Assembly (NCBI GenBank): GCA_050273025.1
Contig: CP158635.1
Coordinates: 18,414,001-18,478,000, forward strand
Source of the DNA: Cenococcum geophilum
Taxonomy: Eukaryota
Length of the DNA: 64,000 nucleotides
Direction of reading: 5' to 3'
Shown: piece after piece, positions 52,301 to 64,000 of the stretch
Layout of the letters: each line of letters opens with the position of its first letter
Position numbering within the stretch: position 1 is the first letter of the stretch
Notes under the pieces: generated by a model
Databases searched by the model: none
Told to the model about the DNA's origin: nothing
What the model saw: the letters and a program-made list of their open reading frames with translations, nothing else
Position numbers and translations under genes: made by a program

Positions 52301-54917
52301 GTATACTTTTAACCCGAGCCTCCCCTATAATAAGGGCCTGTAGGCTATAGTAAAATAGGTAAAGAAAAAGGCAGGGCGATTAGTAGAAGACTTATACTTA
52401 CTACCCCTATAAAGAGCAGGGGAATTATAGGCCACTAATAATAACAATAAGAAGGTAAAGATCCTTATAGAAAGGTTCTTCCCTTAACCGGCTCTAGTAG
52501 ACCTTAGTAATATTACGGGTAAAGCACCGGTAACCTACCTATAGGTTAACAGCGATATAACAATAGAGGAAATAGCCAGAACTATTAGCCGCCTTTTAAA
52601 TAATATAGTACTGGGCCTAGATAGGATTCTAAATAAGGCCTTAAAGACCTATAGACCACTTATAGCACCCTAGCTTACAGATATAGCCAAAGTATACTTT
52701 ACTATAGGCTACTACCCACGACTCGGAAGATCTATAACGACGGTTATCCTATAAAAAAAAGGTAAAGCAGATTACTTAATCCCAGGAAGCTACCGCCCTA
52801 TTACTTTAAAAAACACCCTTAGCAAAATCTTAAAAAAGGTAATAGCGGACCGCATAGTAAACACGGCTAAGGAACACGCCCTACTACTACAGAGCTAAAT
52901 AGGGGCAAGAAAGAACCGCTTAATACTATTAGCACTTACGCTACTCGCTACCACCATTAAATCTACATAGGCGATGCGAAGGGACTTTGTAGTATTAATG
53001 CTTAGCCTAGATATTAGTAGCACCTACAACAATATACCCCACAAGCGTCTTCTATATATCCTTAGGGCAAAAGGCTTCCTAGAATAGATTATATAATTTA
53101 TCTAAGGATTTATAGATTAGAAAGAAATATTACTAGTTTTTAGCGGATACTAAAGCCCCCCTATTGCAGTTATAACAGGAATACTATAAGGATTACCCCT
53201 CTCGCCTATACTCTTCCTTTTCTTTATAAGCAACCTACTTAACTCCTTTAAGGAAGGGGCAACCTAGGGGATAGGCTTTATTAACGACACAAACCTAATT
53301 ATATACGGGCCATCAGCCGTAAAGAACTGTAGAATGCTAGAGAAAGCTTATAACACCTATATAGAATAGGCAAGACGATATAGAGTCCAATTCTTATTAG
53401 AGAAATACCAGCTAATCCATTTTATAAGAAAACGCAACCAATCTATAGATCTTTAGCATATAATCCGCATCTAAGGCTTTAGGGGTTAACCAGTTTAGGG
53501 CCTAAGGATATTAGGAGTATAGGTAGATAGTAAGCTCTAGTGGAGCGTATATATAGCGTAAGCGGCCTATAAGGGCTAAGTATAGTATATTGTATTATTT
53601 AGGATCGTCAATTCTATATAGGGCCTATGCTTCTAGAGGTTACGCCTACTATATACAGCAGTTGTCCGGCCAACTATAATATATAGGTCTAGTATTTGGG
53701 CCATTAGAGAATCTAAGAAAGGCCCCCCTAAGTCGCTCCTTAAACCACTCTAAAAGGTCTAAATAGCTTACCTTTAGAGTATAATAGGCGGATATAAGCG
53801 AACGGCCACAGCACTGCTTAAGAAGGAAGCCAATATTCCCCCCCTATAACTATATATTAAAGCCGCTGTAATATAAAGGGCCCAAAATAAACGCAACTCT
53901 AATATTATAAAGTATATTAAGACGCGCCTAAATAAACTATAGAGGGACCCTAGGGTGCCCTATAGGAGAATAAACTAATAACCCTAAAGTAGGGAAGATA
54001 TATTAGAGAAATAGGTAAAGAAAGCAGAAGAAAAATAGTGCTACTTTAGGGCCCAGGCCCACATAGAGGAGGAAGAAAGACGCGTAAGAGGCTAGTAAAG
54101 ATAATAGTAAGAGAGAAAAAGGAGCTAAAGTAGAGTATAAAAGAACGCTAGGAAACTATCTACTATAATATAATACTAGTTAGACCAACGCTAGAGAGGT
54201 ATATAGAAGTTAAAGGTATAGAGGCTAACTAAAATAAGAGAAACCTAAGCCGTAGCATAGTTAACGCTATAAGGGGTAAACACTCTAAGGCTCTAAGAAG
54301 GCCTAATAAAGGTAGAAAATATAATGGCGATACTCTTAAAAATAGAAATAATAGGATTAAAAGACTAGCTCTACCGGGTGGGCGTCCTAGTAGGTAGCCT
54401 AAGATATAAATATGGCTGGCTAAGATAGACACCAAAACACGTAATACTGTTATGCCCCTTACACACTAACTAAAAAGTAATACTTTTAGTAGCTAGTATA
54501 GAGAACTATAATACACTACTCTTAATATAAAAAGGCCTTAAGGCGGTTACCTAGTAGCTTATTAGCTAAAATATATTAAACCAGTTCTAAGTTATAAGGG
54601 AAATAGTAATAAAGGGTAAGGGGGCGAGCAACAGGCGCCCCCTAATGACTCTATAGTAGTAGAGTAAAGTTTACAACACTAGCGCGTCTATAGGCTTATT
54701 ACGGTAGCAGTAGTTCCTAAAGAGGTTAAAAAGTAAGGTAGTAGAAGCACTATAAGTGACTTATAGGCGCCTTATAGGCGCCTTATAGGCGAGTCCTAAA
54801 AGGCGGGGAGATAGATTACGGGGTTTTCTCAAATAGAGTTTTCTCCCCATATGTATATAAGGAGTAGTCCGCGTAGGCCCAATAGGGATCCGAATCAGAC
54901 GTTAAGCAATAAATTAT
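49376..54917 (+). mobile_element. Near full-length Tad1-like LINE inserted in the Gypsy protease region
   Basis: 15-bp TSD TATTATTAATCTTAA (49361-49375 and 54918-54932). ORF1 has cysteine-knuckle remnants (~50480-50680). APE motifs I*YNCSNTN and LLGDINLYYPQ*GG; RT motifs YRPITLKNTLSKIL, GLPLSPILFLFF and GFINDTNL. Confidence 0.9.
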
Positions 54918-57900
54918 TATTATTAATCTTAAAACAGGACCTATTTAGATAACTATTAAAAGAAGACAAATTAAAATATCTTTTAATATCCTACCATTAG
55001 GACAGGATAAGGCAGTATTAAAAATGCCTTAGTTATAGGAATATAACCTAAAAATTAATTAAATTATAGGATAGGTTAATATTAGAAATACTTAACGCTA
55101 TAAGATATAATAGTAAACTAAGTTAGTATAGTACTAAGTTAGAGTAATATATAAAGAGATTAAGCGAAGCTTAAGTTATATACTAAAGAAATACCATAAG
55201 TATAGCAAAAAGCTATAGTTACTAAAAAGTAAAAAGCTGGCAGATTATATAGTATAGGATTATAAGATAGAGTTAGAACTAGGAATAAGTCTAAGGTTCT
55301 TTCCAACCTATAAGCTTACTTAAGAAGAGGTAAGTATACTTAAAGAGTTTATCTAGGAAAACTTATAAAAAAGATATATTAAACCATTGTAGTTATTAGC
55401 AGGTTATCTAGTACTATTCATACTAAAGAAAAATAAAAAGCTTAGGTTATACATTAACTATAAATAGTTAAACAGTATTACTTAAAAGGATAGGTATCCT
55501 TTACCCTTAATTAGCGAAATCCAAGATCGGATAGGTAATGCGCAAATCTCTATAAGGATAGATTTAAAATAGGCGTACCATTAAATTAGAATTAAGGAAG
55601 GCGATAAATAGGAGGCAGCCTTTAGGTTAAGAGAAGGACTATATAAGCTATTAGTTATACAATTCAGATTAACAAATACATTAGTAACGTTTTATAAATA
55701 AATTAATAGTATATTAGGAGAACACCTTAATAAGTTTATTATAGCATACCTTAACAATATTATTATCTACTTAATAACTAAGAAAGAATATAGGAAATAT
55801 ATTAAATAGGTCTTAAGAAGACTATAAGAAGAATAAATGTTAGTAGCAATTAAGAAATGCGAGTTCTTTACTAGGAAGACCAATTTTGTCGGATTTATTA
55901 TTAAACTAGGTCATATTAGTATAGACCTAAAGAAAATTAAAGCTATAGTGAGCTGGCAAGAATTAGAGAATATAATATAGTTAAGGTTATTTTTAGGGGT
56001 TTATAACTACTATAGAAGGTTTATAGTATAATAGTTAAAGAATATTAAACTATTTACTAGGCTTATAAAGAAAGAGAAACTATAGGTATAGGGAAATAAA
56101 CAAAGAAAGTTATTTAAAGAACTTAAGGAGTTATTTACCTAGGAGCCAATTCTTAAAATCTATTAACTAGAACTAGATATAGTTATAGAGATAAATATAT
56201 TAGACTACGTACTAGAAGTATATTTATTATAGAAACATAAAGACGTATAGTATCCAGTAGCATACTATAGTAGGAAGATAATACTACTAAAGTTAAACTA
56301 TAACGTTTATAATAAGGAGTTATTAGATATAATTATAGTACTTAAAGAATAAAGAGTATTCTTATAAGGCGTAGAAAAACTATTTATAGCTAAAATAGAT
56401 TATAAGAACCTAATGGGGTTCCTAATAATAAAAAAACTTAATTAAAGATAAGTTAAATAGGTAAAGATGCTTACAGAATACCATTTTAAGATTTAGTATA
56501 CTAAAGGAACTAAGAATATAAGAGCAGGTGCACTTAGTAGAAAGGCTAAACTATAAAATAATAAGAAACTATTTAGAGTAATACTACGCAGAAACTAAGA
56601 TGGATTAATTAAATATAATTACCCTAAGCTAGTAATAACTTAAGAGGATAATAAACTAGAAAGAGTCTATAAAACACTAGAAAGCTTTTAGGTATAAAGG
56701 ATTTTTAAGGTATAGCTAAAAGAACAGTTAGAGCACCTAGAGGAAGAAATATTATATAAGTATAGAGAGGCAAAGTATATCCCAAGAAGCATAGCGGAGT
56801 ACTTTATAAAGGATTTCTATAAGGGGATAACTTAAGGATATAATAGAGCTATAGGCTTAGTGTTAAGGCTTTAAGAGGAGTACATTATTAACGGAATCTA
56901 GGGCTTAGCGCGAAAAGTTATAAAGGAATGTTTAAATTATTAAAGAAATAAACTAATGAGGTATAAGCCATATAAAGGGCTATAACCTATTAAAATACCA
57001 GAGAGACTATAGGAGGTCATATTATAGGACTTTATTATTAAGTTACTAAAGTTAAGAGGTTCTATTACCGGATAAGATTATAACGTAATCTTAGTAATAG
57101 TAGATAAGTTAACTAAATAGGGCTACTTTATAGCATATACAGAAGAAATCTTAGTAGAAGATATTACTAAAATCTATATTAAAGAAGTGTTTATAAGACA
57201 TAGAGCACTAAGTAAGATTATATTAGATAGAGATTTAAGATTTATAGCAGCATTTTAGGAAGTATTCTTAGCAAAGTAAAGAGTTAGAGTAGTAACTTCT
57301 ACCGTATATTACCTGCAGACAGACGGTTAAATAGAAAGATTAAATTAGACACTAGAGCAGTATCTAAGATATTATATTAATCACGCATAAAATAATTAGG
57401 TATTACTATTACTAGTTATATAGTTTATATACAATATAACACTATAGGAAGAAATAGGCATATTACCATTTAAGGTAAATTATGGATATAAACTAAGAAT
57501 ATCGTTGTTACTATAATAAGTAAAGAAAATAAGTAGCATAGCTAAAGAAAGAATAAAGACGTTAATAAATCTTTATATAGACCTTATAGAATTAGTAAAG
57601 AAAGTATAAAAAAAAATAAAAAGGTACTATAATACTAAGAGATCTAAGGGACTAAATCTTAAGGAGGGAGATAAAGTATAGCTACTATATAAAAATTTTA
57701 AGAGTTAACAACTAAGTAAGAAGTTAGACTACGTTAGACTAGGACCTTTTATAATTATATAAAGAATTTTACTAGTTATATTTAAGTTAAACTTACTAGC
57801 TAAGATAAAGATCTACCCTATACAGCATATTATAATGCTAAAGCTAGTATATAGGAATATTAAGCTACTAGTTTATAAAGCAGACACGTATAGAGGATAA

Positions 57901-59019
57901 GAAGAAGATAAATAGTAAGTTTTAAAGATTGTTAGTTATAAGGATATTAACAATAAAATATAGTATAAGGTTAAGTAGATAGGCTATAATAAGACTACCT
58001 AGGAACTACTAGAGAATCTAAAAATCGTTATAAAAAAGGTACAGGAGTATTAGAAGAAATTAGGTTAGGCAGTATTAATAAAGAAGGATCGCTAAAAAAT
58101 AAATCACCTAAGGGGGACCTAAAAAGAGCAGTTGCCGAACTACTTAGATCTATTTCCTTCTTAGTTAAAAGAAAATCTATTCTTTCGTCGCCGAGTTCCT
58201 ACAAACCTTATTCTATAAGTTTTCACTCCTTAAAAAAAACCTTCTTAAGACAGATTAGTTAAGCGGACGCCGCAAGACAAGACTTTAGGGCCCGTTGCTA
58301 AGCATCGGCAGCCTCTTGTTTAGCGTTATAAGAACAATGTAATTCCACTAGAGTAATAGATAGTTTATTATCTAGCTATGCAGCAGCAGATTAAACATAA
58401 GACCCTAAAATAGATTAGTTAAGGAACTAGACAACTATTAAGAGTAATAGGTCGCGTATATTTAGTATTAGAGATAAAGCAAACGTTATAAGATAAACAA
58501 ATATTCGCTTTAGTATACTTTAAGTAAAAGGACGGTTATTATAAGGATGGACTTACTAACATAATATAAACTAACCCCTTTTTTAAACAATAAAAATACG
58601 GAGACGGTATAATCTTACTAAGAGATAATATCGCAGCGATAGTGCGAGTATAATAAACAGTTAAAGAAAGAAAAGAAGCTTTAGGTATAATAAGCAACAA
58701 TATTAACTAAATTAATTAGACGGATATTATACCTCTAGTAAATAACTTAAAGATGTTTTAAATCTTTAAGGATAAAGATAGAAAGGAGGGAGATAGTATT
58801 ATAGACGCTTTAAGTATAATATTATAACTACTTAGAGAAGAGTTAGAAGAAGCTAGTTAATTAATTTAAACACAGTCTAAAATAGAACTAGTAGAACTAT
58901 ATAACAAGAAATAGTAGTTAAGGTTATATAATGTAATCTATATAATTTATAAAATTTATAAAATTTATAATAAAGTAAATAAAGTATACATACCTTATAT
59001 ATAAAGGGGATTTCTTAGA

Positions 59020-62000
59020 AGTATAGTTGTGTATTTAAAGGACTACAGTCCCTGCCTAAATAGTTCTCTCCTTTATAGTAAATCTTAGAATATAATTAAA
59101 GTTAATCTATTAGGCAACCACTCTACTAGTTATTATTACGTTATTAACTTCTTATTTACCTATATACCTAGCCCATTAATAAGTCTACCATAGTTTCTAC
59201 TATAAGGCTTCGTTATATATATAACCTTAACTACTATTCCTTATTATATAGTTCTACCGGTTTTATTCTAGATTATACTTTAATTAACTAACTAGCTACT
59301 TTTAACTCCTTTCCTAGTAGTTATAATATTATACTTAAAGCGTCTATAATACTATCTCCCTTCCTTTTATCTTCGTCCTTAAAGACTTTCAATATCTTTA
59401 AGTTATTTACTAAAGGCATAATATCCGTCTAATTAATTTAGTTAATATTATTACTTATTATACCTAAAGCTTCTTCTTCTTTATACACCTAACGTTATAC
59501 CCACACTATTACTGCAATATTATTACTTAGTAAAATTATACTATCTTTATGCTCTTATTATGTAAAAGAGGGGTTAGTTTATATTATATTAGCAAGTCTA
59601 TCTTTGCAATAACTATCCTTTTATTTAAAGTGTACTAAAGCGAATATTTATTTACCCTATAATGTTTAATTTACTTCTAATACTAAATATACGCGATTTA
59701 TTACTCTTAATAATTATCTAATTCCCTAGTTAATTTATTTTAGGGTCTTATATTTAATCTACTGCTACTTATCTTAATAGTAAGTTATCTTAAGCCCTTA
59801 CTAAGTTAGAATGTTCTTAGGATATAGAATAGAAGGCCCTAGATACTTATATCACGGTATCCGCTTAATTACTCCATCTTAAAAAGGTTTATAAAAAGGT
59901 CTATTTTAAAAAATAGAAACTTAGTAATAAAAAAATTAGATTTTCTTTTAATTAAAAAGGAAATAGATCTAAGTAGTTCGGCAACTACTCTTCTTAAGTT
60001 CCCTTTAGGTAATTAATTTTTTTATAATATTTTTTTATTAATACTACCTAACCTAATCTCTTTTAATACTCTTATACCTTTTCTATAATCTTTTTTAAAT
60101 TCTCTAGTAGCTCCTAGGTAGTCTTATTATAGCCTATCTACTTAACCTTATACTATATTTTATTATTAATATCCTTATAACTAATAATCTTTAAAACTTA
60201 CTATTTATCTTCCTCTTATCCTCTATATATGTCTGCTTTATAAACTAGTAGCTTAATATTCCTATATACTAGCTCTAGTATTATAATATACTATATAAAG
60301 TAGATCTTTATCTTAGCTAGTAGGTTTAACTTAAATATAACTAGTAAAATTCTTTAAATAATTTTAAAAGGTCCTAGTCTAACATAGTCTAACTTCTTAC
60401 TTAGTTATTAACTTTTAAAATTTTTGTATAGTAGCTATACTTTATCCCCCTCCTTAAGATCTAGTTCCTTAGATCTCTTAGCGTTATAGTACTTTTTTAT
60501 CCTTTCTTATACCTTTTTTGCTAATTCTATAAGGTCTATATAAAGATTAATTAATATCTTTATCCTTTCTTTAGCTATACTACTCGTTTTCTTTACTTAC
60601 TGTAGTAATAATAATAATATTCTTAGCTTATATCTATAATTTGACTTAAATAGTAATATACTTATTCCTTCTTATAGTATTATATTATATATAAACTATA
60701 TAATTAATAATAGCGATACCTAATTATTCTATACATAATTAATATAATATCTTAGATACTATTCTAGCGTCTAATTTAATTTTTCTATTTATTTGTCCAT
60801 CTGCGAATAATATATAGTAAAAGTTACTGCTTTAACTCCTTATTCTACTAAAAATACTTCTTAAAATACTACTATAAATCTTAAATCCCTATCTAATATA
60901 ATCTTACTTAGTGCTCTATATCTTATAAACACTTCTTTAATATAGATTTTAGTAATATCTTTTACTAAAATTTCTTCTATACATGCTATAAAGTAGCCCT
61001 ATTTAGTTAACTTGTCCACTATTACTAAAATTATATTATACTCTTATCCGGTAATAGAATCTCTTAACTTTAGTAACTTAATAATAAAGTCCTATAATAT
61101 AACCTCCTATAGTCTCTCTAGTATTTTAATAGGTTATAGCCCTCTATATAGCTTATGCCTTATTAGTTTATTTCTTTAGTAATCTAAATACTCTTTTATT
61201 ACTTTTCTAGCTATACCCTAGATTCTATTAATAATATATTCTTATTAAAGTCTTAACACTAAGCCTATTACTCTATTATATCCTTAAGTTATTCCCTTAT
61301 AGAAATCTTCTATAAAATGCTCTACTATACTTTTTAGGATATACTTTACTTCTTAATTTTTGTATATATTCATTCTTAGATCTTCTAGCTATGCTTTTAA
61401 AATTCTTTATACCTAAAAGCTCTTTAGTGTCTTATAGACTCTTTCTAGTTTATTATTCTCTTAAGTTGCTACTAGTTTAGGGTAATTATATCTAATTAAT
61501 CCATCCTTATCTCTGCGTAGTATTGCTCTTAATAGTTTCTTATTATTTTATAGTTTAGCCTTTTTACTAAGTATATCTGCTTTTATATTTTTAGTGCCTT
61601 TAATATACTAAATCTTAAAATAGTATTCTATAAGCATTTCTACCTATTTAACCTGTCTATAATTAAGTTTTTTTACTATTAAAAACCCCATTAGGTTCTT
61701 ATAATCTATTTTAACTATAAATAGTTTATCTGCTCCTTATAAGAATGCTCTTTATTCCTTTAGTACTATAACTATACCTAATAACTCCTTATTATAGACG
61801 TTATAGTTTAACTTTAATAGTATTATCTTTCTACTATAATATATTACTAGATGCTATATATCCTTATACTTCTATAGTAAGTATACTCCTAGTATATAGT
61901 CTAATATATTTATTTCCACAACCGTATCTAGTCTTAGTTAGTAAATTTTAAGGATTAGCTCTTAGGTAAATAACTCCTTAAGTTCCTTAAATAACTTCCT

Positions 62001-62280
62001 TTATTTATCTCCCTATACCTATAATTCCTCTTTCTTTATAAGCCTGGTAAATAGTTTAATATTCTTTAACTATTATGTTATAAACTTTTTATAGTAGTTA
62101 TAAAACCCTAAAAATAACCTTAACTATATTATATTCCCTAGCTCCTACTAACTTACTATAGCTTTAATTTTCTTTAGGTCTATACTAATATAACTTAGTT
62201 TAATAATAAATCTAATAAAATCGGTCTTCCTTATAAAGAACTTTTATTTCTTAATTACTACTAGCATCTATTCTTCCTTA
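59020..62280 (-). mobile_element. Ty3/Gypsy copy B (same family as copy A, inverted): RT end, RNase H, IN, chromodomain, partial LTR (59217-59351) and a gag fragment (59020-59216)
   Basis: Reverse complement of ~55825-58930. The segment 59020-59216 is the reverse complement of ~43903-44095. Confidence 0.87.
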
Positions 62281-62295
62281 GTTATTAAGTAAATA

Positions 62296-64000
62296 GGTAA
62301 CTCGCCTACGGGTCGATAGCGATATAATAACAGAGGAAATGGCTAGAACTATTAGCCGCCTTAAATAACATAGTACTAGGACTAGATGGGATTTTAAATA
62401 AGGCCTTAAAGACCTATGGACCACTTATAGCACCCTAGCTTACAGATATAGCTAGAGCATGCTTTGCTATAGGCTACTACCCGCAACTTAGAAGATCTAT
62501 AACGACGGTTATTCTACGAAAAGAAGGTAAAGCAGATTACTTAATCCCAGGAAGCTACCGCCCTATTGCCCTAGAAAACACCCTTAGTAAGATCTTAAAA
62601 AAGGTAATAGCGGACTACATAGTAGACATAGCTAAGGAACACGCCCTACTACTATAGAGCTAAATAGGGGTAAGAAAGAACCGCTTAACACTATTAGCAC
62701 TTACGCTACTCGCTACCACTATTAAATCTGTATAGGCGATGCGAAGGGACTTTATAGTATTAATGCTTAGCCTAGATATTAGTGGCGCCTATAACAACGT
62801 ACCCCACAAGCGTCTCCTATATATTTTTAGGGCAAAAGGCTTTCTAGAATGGATTATATAATTTATTTAAGGGCTTATAGGTTAGAAAGAAATATTACTA
62901 GTCTTTAGCGGATACTAGAGCCCCCCTATTATAGTTGCAACAGGAATACCATAAGGATCACCCCTCTTACTTATACTCTTCCTTTTCTTTATAAGCAACC
63001 TGCTTAACTCCTTTAAGGAAGGGGCAACCTAGGGGATAGGCTTTGTTAATAATATAAACCTAATTATATACGGGCCAACAGCTATAAAGAATTGTAGAAT
63101 ACTAGAGAAAGCTTATAATACCTATATAGAATAGGCAAGACAATATAAAGTCCAATTCTTACTAGAGAAATACCAGCTAATCTATTTTATAAGAAAACGC
63201 AACTAATTTATAGATCTTTAGTATATAATTCGCATCTAAGGCTTTAGGGGTTAACTAGTTTAGGGCCTAAGGGTATTAGGAGTATAGGTAGATAGTAAGC
63301 TTTAGTAGAGCGTATATGCGGCGTAAGCGGCCTATAAGGGCTAAGTATAGTATATTACATTATTTAGGATCGTTAATTCTATATAGGGTCTATACTTCTA
63401 AAGGTCACACCTACTATATATAGCAGTTGTCTGGCTAACTATAACGTATAGGTCCAGTATTTAGGCCATTAGAGAATCTAAGAAAGGCCCCCCTAAGTCG
63501 CTCCTTAAACCACTCTAAAAGGTCTAAATAGCCTGCCTCTAAAGTATAACAGGCGGATATAAGCGAACGGCTATAGTACTGCTTAAGAAGGAAGCTAATA
63601 TTCCCCCCCTATAACTATATATTAAAGCCGCTATAATATAAAGGGTGCAAAATAAACGCAACTCTAATATTATAAAGTATATTAAGACACGCCTAAATAA
63701 ACTATAGAGGGACCCTAGGGCGCCCTATAGGAGAATAAACTAATAACCCTAAAGTAGGGAAGATATATTAGAGAAACAGGTAAAGAAAGTAGAAGAAGAA
63801 TAGTACTGCTTTAGGGCCTAGGCCAATATAAAGGAGAAAGGGAGACGCGTAAGAGGCCAGTAAAGATAATAGTAAGAGAGAGAAAGGAGTTAAAGTAAAG
63901 TATAAAAGAACGCTAGGAAACCATCTACCGTAATATAATACTAGTTAGACTAACGCTAGAGAGGTATATAGGAGTTAAAGGTATAGAGGCTAACTAAAGT
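62296..64000 (+). mobile_element. 5'-truncated copy of the same Tad1-like LINE, running off the window
   Basis: Colinear with ~52529-54238, differing mostly by transitions. Confidence 0.9.

Larger units (their letters stand above)
43850..58930 (+). mobile_element. Ty3/Gypsy chromovirus copy A, heavily RIP-mutated, carrying hAT and LINE insertions; 5' LTR not recognised
   Basis: gag (FLTGRALK*FKPY; knuckle near 44770), protease ALIDSKVTRNY (~49225), RT AYLNNIIIY (~55745), RNase H, integrase (YLQTDG*IERLN*TLEQYLR) and chromodomain (~57900-58070). PPT AAGGAGGGAGATAG is followed by an LTR starting at 58797. Confidence 0.85.

Overview
This window is from a filamentous ascomycete genome (probably a Dothideomycete-like species, by inference from gene content and pervasive RIP). 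1-10.5 kb is a gene-dense block: DCS1, two tandem BTB/POZ genes, CLP1, IPK2/ARG82 and a La-domain Arb1. 11.3-28.4 kb is a RIP-mutated transposon nest: a hAT MITE, then a Crypton tyrosine-recombinase element split by a Copia that itself contains a second Copia. 29.6-42 kb is an accessory island with an AGCT repeat array, a piggyBac, two orphan genes and a decayed SesB-NACHT-ankyrin NLR. 43.6-64 kb is a second RIP nest: two tail-to-tail chromoviral Ty3/Gypsy copies, a hAT fragment and two Tad1-type LINEs. The standout is a minus-strand tRNA-Pro(AGG) gene at 43264-43454. It is interrupted by a normal 15-nt tRNA intron and also by two 52-nt GT..AG spliceosomal-type introns, and removing all three gives a perfect cloverleaf.
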